From positions 1 to 19,254 of IMG/VR virus record IMGVR_UViG_3300045988_028806: a DNA stretch of 19,254 nucleotides; one strand, 5' to 3'. The translations under genes were made by a program, and so were the position numbers. The notes under the pieces were generated by a model, which worked only from the letters and a program-made list of their open reading frames with translations, was not told the DNA's origin and searched no databases. Shown in pieces: positions 13,055 to 19,254 of this stretch. Within the stretch, counting starts at the first letter, position 1. Each line of letters begins with the position of its first letter. This DNA comes from a virus.

Positions 13055-15031
13055 ATGTCTACCACTCAGCATACCGGACACTACAATCTGCCGACATTTG
13101 GCGATAATCCGAACGACCGCCCGTCATGGCGCGGCGACTTCACCGACGCGATGACGAAAATCGACAATCAGATGTACGCCAACGCCACCAACATCACCAC
13201 GGCGACGGCAGCGGCGAACAACGCGACGGCAGCGGCGAACAACGCGAAGACGGCGGCGGATGCTGCGAAGGCGTCTGCCGACACCGCCGCAAGCAAGGCC
13301 GACAACAACACGGCGATTCTCGCCGCGTTGGGAGCCGACAACACGGCGAACGCCACCGCCAATAAAACCAAGTGGGATAAATCAAGCGCGGACGCAGCCG
13401 CCGCCGCAAGCAAAGCAGACAACAATACGGCCATTCTCTCCGCATTGGGAGCGGATTCCACCGTCAATGCCGCCGCTCAAAAAACCAAGTGGGATAAGAC
13501 GGTGGACACAGCCGACAATAATGCTCAGGCGCTGACCGCACTCGGCAGCAACACCGCCGCGACCGCCGCGGCGAATAAGACCAAGTGGGACAACGCCGCC
13601 GCAAAAGTCGATACGCTGGCGAACGTCCGTGTGGACAGCAAGCTGGACTCCCATTTCATCATCCACGCGCACCGTGGCTCCTACCGCTTCCCCGAAAACA
13701 CCATGGAGGGCATCATGTGGGCGGTACGACACGGGTTCGTGCCTGAAATCGACGTGCAGCTCACTTCGGACGGCGTGCCGGTCATTCTTCATGACACTTC
13801 CACCGCCCGCACCATGACGGGAACGGCTGCTAACGTGTCCTCCATCACCTTCAAGGACTTTATGAGTCGTGAGGTCAAGGCGAAAGCGCATGGTGGCAAC
13901 ACCGGCAGGCCGGTGAGCATGGAACAGGTGCTCCAAGCCGTGGGCGATAGTCCGGTTGATTTTGAAATCAAATCATTGACCAACGCCACCACCGACGCAA
14001 TGCTGGCATTGCTTAGAAAGTATGATGCCACCGCAATTCATGAACTCACCTCGTTCAGCTGGGAGCAGTGCGTTCGAGCCGTGCAAGGCGGAGCGAAATA
14101 CGTTTCATGGACGTGGGATATGGACGCCATGCCGCATTCTTGGACTGAGATGAAGAATGCCGGTATTTTCTGCGGCAACCCACTCGAAAGCAGACTCACC
14201 TCTTCGATGGTCAGCGCCGCGCACTCGGCTGGCGTCAAGATTAATCCGTGGCTTATCAATGACCCCGTGGCATATGAGCGTGTCACTGCGCTCGGGGTGG
14301 ATGGCATCACCTCCAATTGGCCGGATTACGCTAGTGGACGGTTGGAGCGCAACTTCACGCCATTCAGCACCGGCCAGAACGTTTTCATGCGCCCGAACTA
14401 CGCCCCACAAGGCGGCGTGGTGTCACAGGAGATACCAGACGAGGTTAGAGCGAAAAGCTCGTATCTTGCACCGGACGGACTTTTCCAACTCGGAGACGCG
14501 GACGCTCAAATGCTAGTCGAATTGGTTGAATGTGGCACGGTAACCCTACCGGTCAGCATCGACCTTGAGGGTTTCGAGTCCCGAGTGCAGATTGGCGAAA
14601 ACGGCGACACAAAAAACATTGCAGTAATCGCCGTCAAGGAATCCACCCCCATCGGCCAATTCAATGACACGGCAACGGCTGGACAAGTCGGAATCATTGC
14701 GGGCGTTCGACGTAATGGTGCCACGTTCGGCGGTTTCTATCAAGACAATGCACCGACCGTCGCTTTCGACAACACCGCCCCGGTGACTCCATCGGTGCCA
14801 GACGACAAAGCCATTGGAGTGCATGCGTCTTTCGTGCTTGACCGCGACCATGCCCGAATCATTTGGGCGTATTCCAATGGACAGTCCGGCGATGTGAACA
14901 CGGGCAATAATAAGGGCGTCACGCTGCCCGACACCGATAAATACCGTCTGTTCGTCCGTCTTGCACGCAATTTCAAGAGTGCGTGGAAGATTAGGGTTCG
15001 CCCAACGGATGGTTATCTCTACGAGGTCTGA
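13055..15031 (+). CDS. Tail fibre / appendage protein with a glycerophosphodiester phosphodiesterase (GDPD) domain (658 aa)
   Basis: Strong SD GAGGAGG. The N-terminal anchor is shared with 12628. An Ala/Asn-rich repeat shaft is followed by GDPD signatures HAHRGSYRFPENTMEG, EIDVQLTSDGVPVILHDTSTARTM and INPWLINDP..LGVDGITSNWPD (aa about 200-425). A C-terminal domain of about 230 aa is unassigned. Confidence 0.85.
   Translation: MSTTQHTGHYNLPTFGDNPNDRPSWRGDFTDAMTKIDNQMYANATNITTATAAANNATAAANNAKTAADAAKASADTAASKADNNTAILAALGADNTANATANKTKWDKSSADAAAAASKADNNTAILSALGADSTVNAAAQKTKWDKTVDTADNNAQALTALGSNTAATAAANKTKWDNAAAKVDTLANVRVDSKLDSHFIIHAHRGSYRFPENTMEGIMWAVRHGFVPEIDVQLTSDGVPVILHDTSTARTMTGTAANVSSITFKDFMSREVKAKAHGGNTGRPVSMEQVLQAVGDSPVDFEIKSLTNATTDAMLALLRKYDATAIHELTSFSWEQCVRAVQGGAKYVSWTWDMDAMPHSWTEMKNAGIFCGNPLESRLTSSMVSAAHSAGVKINPWLINDPVAYERVTALGVDGITSNWPDYASGRLERNFTPFSTGQNVFMRPNYAPQGGVVSQEIPDEVRAKSSYLAPDGLFQLGDADAQMLVELVECGTVTLPVSIDLEGFESRVQIGENGDTKNIAVIAVKESTPIGQFNDTATAGQVGIIAGVRRNGATFGGFYQDNAPTVAFDNTAPVTPSVPDDKAIGVHASFVLDRDHARIIWAYSNGQSGDVNTGNNKGVTLPDTDKYRLFVRLARNFKSAWKIRVRPTDGYLYEV
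13289..13609 (+). repeat. In-frame tandem coding repeats (three units of about 32-39 aa) forming the fibre shaft
   Basis: The units are SKADNNTAILAALGADNTANATANKTKWDKS, SKADNNTAILSALGADSTVNAAAQKTKWDKT and ADNNAQALTALGSNTAATAAANKTKWDNA. Confidence 0.85.
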
Positions 15032-15043
15032 CGGACTATTTCA

Positions 15044-15084
15044 AGTGATAGCCATGCTGCTACAATGGTGGCATGGCTATTACT
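15044..15084 (+). promoter_or_regulatory. 14-bp hairpin that buries the tail-lysin start codon, with a TGCTACAAT extended -10 box in its loop
   Basis: ATAGCCATGC (15048-15057) is the exact reverse complement of GCATGGCTAT (15071-15080). The stem extends to 15044/15084 with one G-U pair. Loop box TGCTACAAT is at 15058-15066, and ATG 15073 lies 6 nt after the hexamer. Confidence 0.5.
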
Positions 15085-16341
15085 ACAGCACTATACGCGA
15101 TGTATGTTATCGGCACGGTTGAAAGCAATTGCGATTGGGGCGCGTGCAACTACGTTGACGCCATCACTGTGGGCATGATGCAATGGTACGGCAGTCGCGC
15201 CCGCAATCTCTTGGAACGAGGGCGCACCGCCGACCCGGACGGGTGGAACACGTTCGCCTCGGCGGCTCCCACACTGGCGCAGCAGGTGCAGGCGAATGAC
15301 ATCAACTGGACGGCACGCTACCTATCCACCGCCGAGGGTAATGCGTGGAAAACGTGGGCGCAGCGGGACGAAAACCACGCTTTCCAAGAGGCGCAATGGG
15401 AGGCGGATTGGGACGGGTATCAGTCAACTATGACCAATTTCGGGTTTCCTCCCAATAATATCAAGGAACGTATTATGTGGGCGTGCGCTTACCACCAGTC
15501 TCCCGCACGGGCGCAGCGCGTACTCGCGTCATGTTCGGCCACTGCCACGCTTGAGCTGATTTGCACGACAATCTTGGCGGACGGCGTGCTGGGGCAATAC
15601 CGCAATCGATACACCACCGCATACAATCTATTGAACGCATGGGATGGCACGTCTGCGCCGCCTGATTTTGGCCAGATCTCCGAACCGTCCGACACGCCGG
15701 GTGGCGACCAACCCGGCATCGACGGAAAGCCTGGCAGCACCGCGTGGATACAATTGCAAGGCGACAACCTTGTCCATCACAGTGGGGGAACTGCTTCCAT
15801 CTTCGTAAAAAGCTCCGCACAGACATGGATATATCGGACTTCCGAGTCCACAGAGCCGGGCGGCGGGCAAACCGGTGGCGGTTCAAGCTCGGGCAGCAGC
15901 GGCGAGGATGCGGCGCGTGTCGTGGAATGGATGCAGTCACGAATCGGCAAATACGCCTACTCGCAGGGGGCAGGACGGTTAGACCCGGATTCAAGCGGGT
16001 ACGGCGATTGCAGTTCGGTTTGTTGGCGCGCATATCTGGATGTGCTCGGTATCGACGTGGGCACATGGACGGGTCAGATGGCAGGCAAGGGTACGCGCGT
16101 ATGCGGTAGCTCTGACACAAGCGTGTCGGACGCCATTCGCATGGCACACGCCGCCGATTTGCTGTTGCTGGACTGGGGGGCGTACACGCAGTCATGGGAC
16201 CATGTGGAAATGTTCACGGGCGATGGCAAGGACGAAACATTATCGCATGGAGGGCCGGAGAACGGCCCGAATCTGTTCGCGGCGTCCGGTGAGATGAATA
16301 TGGCGAGACGGTGGGAGATACGCCGGTATATCATCAACTAG
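15073..16341 (+). CDS. Tail-associated peptidoglycan hydrolase (422 aa): N-terminal lysozyme-like domain plus C-terminal NlpC/P60 endopeptidase
   Basis: The C-terminus has the NlpC/P60 pattern (GYGDCSSVCWRAY ... WDHVEMF; Cys and His catalytic candidates). The N-terminus GTVESN..GMMQW resembles the phi29 gp13 lysozyme-like motif GNMQSES..GLVQW. A Gly/Ser linker joins them. The position matches phi29 gene 13. Confidence 0.75.
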   Translation: MAITTALYAMYVIGTVESNCDWGACNYVDAITVGMMQWYGSRARNLLERGRTADPDGWNTFASAAPTLAQQVQANDINWTARYLSTAEGNAWKTWAQRDENHAFQEAQWEADWDGYQSTMTNFGFPPNNIKERIMWACAYHQSPARAQRVLASCSATATLELICTTILADGVLGQYRNRYTTAYNLLNAWDGTSAPPDFGQISEPSDTPGGDQPGIDGKPGSTAWIQLQGDNLVHHSGGTASIFVKSSAQTWIYRTSESTEPGGGQTGGGSSSGSSGEDAARVVEWMQSRIGKYAYSQGAGRLDPDSSGYGDCSSVCWRAYLDVLGIDVGTWTGQMAGKGTRVCGSSDTSVSDAIRMAHAADLLLLDWGAYTQSWDHVEMFTGDGKDETLSHGGPENGPNLFAASGEMNMARRWEIRRYIIN

Positions 16342-16343
16342 TG

Positions 16344-16381
16344 CAACAATAGACCGGTGGATATCTACCGGTTCTGTTGTT
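16344..16381 (+). terminator. Long imperfect hairpin after the tail-lysin gene (terminator candidate)
   Basis: CAACAATAGACCGGTGG / CTACCGGTTCTGTTGTTG pairs over about 17 bp with one bulge, one mismatch and one G-U. T-rich sequence follows. Promoter box 16388-16396 lies directly downstream. Confidence 0.5.
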
Positions 16382-16387
16382 GTCGTA

Positions 16388-16396
16388 TGGTATGAT
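16388..16396 (+). promoter_or_regulatory. Extended -10 candidate TGGTATGAT, 7 nt before the ATPase ATG (leaderless mRNA candidate)
   Basis: Exact copy of the ITR 9-mer. The TATGAT hexamer is at 16391-16396, the spacer is GGATAGT, and the ATG is at 16404. No SD. The N-terminus from 16404 (MEKSL) matches the phi29 gp16 N-terminus (MDKSL). Confidence 0.5.
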
Positions 16397-16403
16397 GGAT
16401 AGT

Positions 16404-17501
16404 ATGGAAAAGTCTCTAAGCGAGGGCGATTATTACGATTACGGGCGCGTGTTGTCATATCACGCGCCTTGGATGTTCGTTATCGGCGCTCGCGGCCTCG
16501 GTAAAACCTATGGTGCTAAAAAGCTTGTCATAGGCGACTGGATTAAAAAACGATGGCAGTTCATTTATTTACGACGAACAGCCGAGGAGCAGAAGAATAA
16601 AGGCACGTGGTTTGCGGATATCGCAGAACAATATCCAGAGTTGGAGTTTAGAGTGTCCGGCAACCAAGCCGAATGTCACTGGTTGGATGATAGGGACGCT
16701 GTGACTGATAAGCATGAAAAGCAACGCCCCACATGGCACGTCATGGGGTACTTCATCGCCCTATCTCAGGCTGGACAGGTGAAATCGGTGGCCTACCCCA
16801 AGGTGCGAACCATTATTTTTGATGAAATCTTCCCGGATAATATGCGGTATTTGGGCGGCGAAGTAACCGCACTTGAAGAATTTTATAACACAGTTGACCG
16901 CTGGAGCGACAGAGTTCGCGTTATCATGTGCAGCAACGCCGTGACGTTAGCCAACCCGTATTTTTCGGCATTTAATATCAACCTCAAACCACAATTGGAT
17001 AATCACACGCAATATCAGCGATATTGTGACGGGTTTGTTATGGTGGAATTAGCTGATTACGGCGGGTTCAGCGCCAAGGTTGCCACGTCGAAATTCGGGC
17101 AGTTTTTGCGCAGATACGACGAAAATTATGCGAATTATGCAATCAACAACGATTTTAGGGACAACGCCAATACTCTCATTAGTGATTTTAATAACGCCGG
17201 ATATGCGTTCACATTAAAAACCAACGAATACGGTATTTTCAACATTTACCAGCAATTAAGCGACACCGACGAAGTATTGTATATCATCACGAAAAAACAA
17301 CCGAAAATCACCCGTAATTTTACGTTCGATTATCGACTTGTGGACAATAATTGCATAATGCTCAAGCGCTCCGACGATATGACGCAAAAAATATTGAATG
17401 CTTATCGCGTTGGTAAACTACGGTTCGAGACCCCGCAAATTAAAGCGGAGTTCAGCATGATTCTTGGCGGCTTGTTGCAGCAATCAGGTATAAGAAAGTG
17501 A
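16404..17501 (+). CDS. DNA packaging (encapsidation) ATPase, phi29 gp16-like (365 aa)
   Basis: By-eye matches to phi29 gp16: MEKSL..VLSYHAPWMFVIGARGLGKTY vs MDKSL..MLSYDRILNFVIGARGIGKSY (Walker A); QFIYLRR vs QFIYVRR; RTIIFDEI vs STIVFDEF (Walker B); VRVIMCSNAVTLANPYF vs VRCICLSNAVSVVNPYF. Confidence 0.93.
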   Translation: MEKSLSEGDYYDYGRVLSYHAPWMFVIGARGLGKTYGAKKLVIGDWIKKRWQFIYLRRTAEEQKNKGTWFADIAEQYPELEFRVSGNQAECHWLDDRDAVTDKHEKQRPTWHVMGYFIALSQAGQVKSVAYPKVRTIIFDEIFPDNMRYLGGEVTALEEFYNTVDRWSDRVRVIMCSNAVTLANPYFSAFNINLKPQLDNHTQYQRYCDGFVMVELADYGGFSAKVATSKFGQFLRRYDENYANYAINNDFRDNANTLISDFNNAGYAFTLKTNEYGIFNIYQQLSDTDEVLYIITKKQPKITRNFTFDYRLVDNNCIMLKRSDDMTQKILNAYRVGKLRFETPQIKAEFSMILGGLLQQSGIRK

Positions 17502-17509
17502 GGATAATA

Positions 17510-17872
17510 ATGACGCAAGCAGACATATGGTGCACCATTGCAGTCATATTTTTTATCAGTATCGACTACGTTACTGGCGTAACAAAAGCAATCATGCGGA
17601 ACAATCTGAGTTCGCGAAAGATGCGGGAGGGGCTAGGGCACAAGTTCGCCTATCTTATGCTTGTGCTGGTAGCATGGTTCATCGACGAAGTGAACCGGCA
17701 TATCGATTTAGGGCTACCAATGTCCGTATTCGTCTGCACGGTCGGCGGAGTATGCATGATCGAACTCACGTCAATCCTCGAAAACATCACCGAAATCAAT
17801 CCCGAATTAAAAAACGCGCCATTCATGCAAATTTTCGCCCAATCCACAAATAACAAGCATAAGGCGGAATGA
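17510..17872 (+). CDS. Holin (120 aa, three TM segments; phage_holin_4_1-like)
   Basis: ATG 17510 with GAGGA 5 nt upstream. The SIDYVTGVTKAIMRNNLSSRKMREGLGHKF motif is typical of that holin family. It lies immediately upstream of, and overlaps, the endolysin gene. Confidence 0.8.
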   Translation: MTQADIWCTIAVIFFISIDYVTGVTKAIMRNNLSSRKMREGLGHKFAYLMLVLVAWFIDEVNRHIDLGLPMSVFVCTVGGVCMIELTSILENITEINPELKNAPFMQIFAQSTNNKHKAE

Positions 17873-18753
17873 TGGACGGCATCCTATGGATAGGCTCGCC
17901 AAACCATTACGATGGACGCAATGGATACGCCGTGACACACATAACGCTGCATATCATGGTCGGCCATCTCGCCGGAACGGATAGTGTATTTTTAAACGCC
18001 AACTCGCAGGCAAGTGCGCACTATGGTATCGGCGCATACGGTGCAATCCATCAATACGTGCGCGAGCATGACGGCAGTTACAGCGACGCCAACTACGCAT
18101 CAAACAATTCGACAATCAGCATAGAACACGAAGGGGGTATGAACGGAATACCTTGTACGCAAGCATGCATGAACGCTTCCGCTCGACTCTGTGCCGACAT
18201 CGCACGCCGATATGGTTGGACACGCCTATGGCACGATGGTCTCAACGGTAACATATGGCTGCACCGCGAAGTGCCGGGCACCGACCATTACGGCTGTCCC
18301 GACCTAGCGCCAAACGGACTCGACATAAATTATGTTATCGACAAAGCAAATCAAATACTAGAAGGAGACGACGAAATGGCATTGACCGACGAAGATATTA
18401 TGAGATTCTGGACACACAAACTTCCAAACGGACGCGCAGCACGCGACATCCTCAGCGATGCAACCAGCGACGTGATCCGCATGCACGACACTGGACTTGT
18501 CGGTGGACAATGGCTGCATAAGCTTCCAAACGGCAGATACGCGCGCGATATCATAAGCGACGCAACATCCGACGTAATCCGCATTCACGACACCATGCTC
18601 CCACAACTCACCGCACAAGTGACAGCACTCACCGCAGCAGTCAAAGCACTATCCGAAGCAATGGGAGCCAACCCAGACACCATAGCACAAGTGGTGCAGG
18701 ACGCAGTAAAAGCTAAGCTGGACAGTCTGAAAATCACCGTGAAAGAACAGTAG
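17869..18753 (+). CDS. Endolysin: N-acetylmuramoyl-L-alanine amidase (Amidase_2 / T7-lysozyme type) with C-terminal tandem repeats and a helical tail (294 aa)
   Basis: SPNHYDGRNG..ITLHIMVGH..SAHYGIG..STISIEHEG..WLHREVPGTDHYGCPD fits the Amidase_2 pattern, including His/His/Cys zinc-ligand candidates. The start overlaps the holin stop (ATGATG). Confidence 0.88.
   Translation: MMDGILWIGSPNHYDGRNGYAVTHITLHIMVGHLAGTDSVFLNANSQASAHYGIGAYGAIHQYVREHDGSYSDANYASNNSTISIEHEGGMNGIPCTQACMNASARLCADIARRYGWTRLWHDGLNGNIWLHREVPGTDHYGCPDLAPNGLDINYVIDKANQILEGDDEMALTDEDIMRFWTHKLPNGRAARDILSDATSDVIRMHDTGLVGGQWLHKLPNGRYARDIISDATSDVIRIHDTMLPQLTAQVTALTAAVKALSEAMGANPDTIAQVVQDAVKAKLDSLKITVKEQ
18406..18594 (+). repeat. 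Two tandem 35-aa coding repeats in the endolysin C-terminus (putative wall-binding module)
   Basis: FWTHKLPNGRAARDILSDATSDVIRMHDT and QWLHKLPNGRYARDIISDATSDVIRIHDT, 105 nt apart. Confidence 0.85.
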
Positions 18754-18765
18754 CACGGCATAAGG

Positions 18766-18798
18766 AAAGCCCCTAGGTTATCAGCCTAGAGGCTTTTT
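18766..18798. terminator. Bidirectional rho-independent terminator between the convergent endolysin and right-end genes
   Basis: AAAGCCCCTAGG (18766-18777) pairs with CCTAGAGGCTTT (18786-18797): 12 bp with one mismatch and an 8-nt loop. It is flanked by an A-run on the left and TTTTT on the right, so it can serve either strand. Confidence 0.75.
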
Positions 18799-18802
18799 AC
18801 TA

Positions 18803-19024
18803 TTAGAAATTATATGCACGTTCCGCTCTAGCGAGTACATCCAAGTGTTGCTCAACACTATGCATAGGATTGACATTAAACGCCATCATATAGTTGTAGA
18901 TACGAGCTAGATTAGCGGTTGACATTGCAGTATGCGCATAATGCGCGAAGATACTGTTAGCGAGTGGATTATCTATATAATTGAACTCTGATACAGTCAA
19001 TTGGCGAAGAATGATAGTATTCAT
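18803..19024 (-). CDS. Hypothetical right-end early protein (73 aa)
   Basis: The only - strand gene. Its ATG at 19024 is preceded by the ITR-borne SD and promoter. It begins MNT like the left-end gene. The region is AT-rich. No motif recognised. Confidence 0.6.
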   Translation of the reverse strand: MNTIILRQLTVSEFNYIDNPLANSIFAHYAHTAMSTANLARIYNYMMAFNVNPMHSVEQHLDVLARAERAYNF

Positions 19025-19254
19025 TTTTATTACCTCCCTATCGGTTGATACTCACATCATACCACACCACAAAAAACAACACACCCAAAACACAAAAAAT
19101 AAAAGCAAAACAAGACAAAAAAACGAACACAAAGAAAGCAGAGATAAAAAACACAGAAAGCAACAGCAACACAAAAACACACAAAGCAACAACAATGCGA
19201 AACACAGAATAGAGCAGTTATGGAAAAAGGATAGCTGCTGGGACCCCTCCCCTC
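19025..19254. repeat. Right inverted terminal repeat (230 bp)
   Basis: Exact reverse complement of 1-230. Confidence 0.97.
19056..19064 (-). promoter_or_regulatory. Extended -10 promoter candidate TGGTATGAT inside the right ITR (drives 18803-19024)
   Basis: Mirror image of 191-199, by ITR identity. Confidence 0.5.

Noticed and set aside
13126-13936. Repeat-rich stretch considered as a CRISPR-like or noncoding tandem array, together with the alternative-frame ORFs there
   Set aside because: The repeats are in frame and degenerate at third codon positions, and they encode an Ala/Asn-rich fibre shaft. They have no spacer-repeat regularity. The other-frame ORFs are R/P-rich shadows.
15473-16195. 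240-aa - strand ORF opposite the tail lysin gene
   Set aside because: This is a shadow ORF in GC-rich coding sequence with an Arg/Pro/Cys-rich product. The + strand frame carries clear NlpC/P60 motifs.
16377-16403. TTG 16377 or the ATGs at 16392/16395 as the ATPase start
   Set aside because: None has an SD. ATG 16404 gives an N-terminus (MEKSL) that matches phi29 gp16 (MDKSL) and lies at leaderless distance from the -10 box.
1-19254. Lysogeny, plasmid or transposon interpretation of the inverted repeats
   Set aside because: I recognise no integrase, transposase, repressor or partition gene. The ITRs flank a full virion, replication and lysis gene set with a protein-primed polymerase, so they are replication origins of a linear phage genome rather than IS ends.

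Overview
This window is a complete linear replicon. Positions 1-230 are the exact reverse complement of 19025-19254 (230-bp inverted terminal repeats). Everything between reads as a 19.25-kb phi29-like podophage genome with protein-primed replication (Salasmaviridae/Picovirinae type).

Gene order, left to right on the + strand:
- About nine small early ORFs of unknown function.
- A p6-like protein, a p5-like SSB, a terminal-protein candidate and a family-B protein-primed DNA polymerase.
- A ~180-nt ORF-free, strongly structured gap behind a consensus extended -10 box. This is my candidate packaging RNA (pRNA).
- An acidic scaffold protein and a gp8-like major capsid protein with Ig-like C-terminus, broken by a 1-nt frame change.
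- gp9-like tail knob, gp10-like portal, lower collar and a coiled-coil structural protein.
- Two fibre proteins sharing an N-terminal anchor. The first is frame-broken; the second carries a glycerophosphodiester phosphodiesterase domain.
- A two-domain tail lysin, then a gp16-like packaging ATPase, a holin and an amidase endolysin.

One small gene is read inward from the right ITR on the - strand. I saw no integrase, repressor, tRNA, CRISPR array or IS element.

Three signals point to a high-GC Gram-positive (actinobacterial) host: GC-rich structural genes, hairpin terminators with poor U-tracts, and four SD-less genes whose start codon lies 6-7 nt after a TGnTAnnAT box (leaderless mRNAs).

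All homology statements come from by-eye comparison with remembered phi29 protein sequences and motif knowledge. Nothing was searched or computed with tools.
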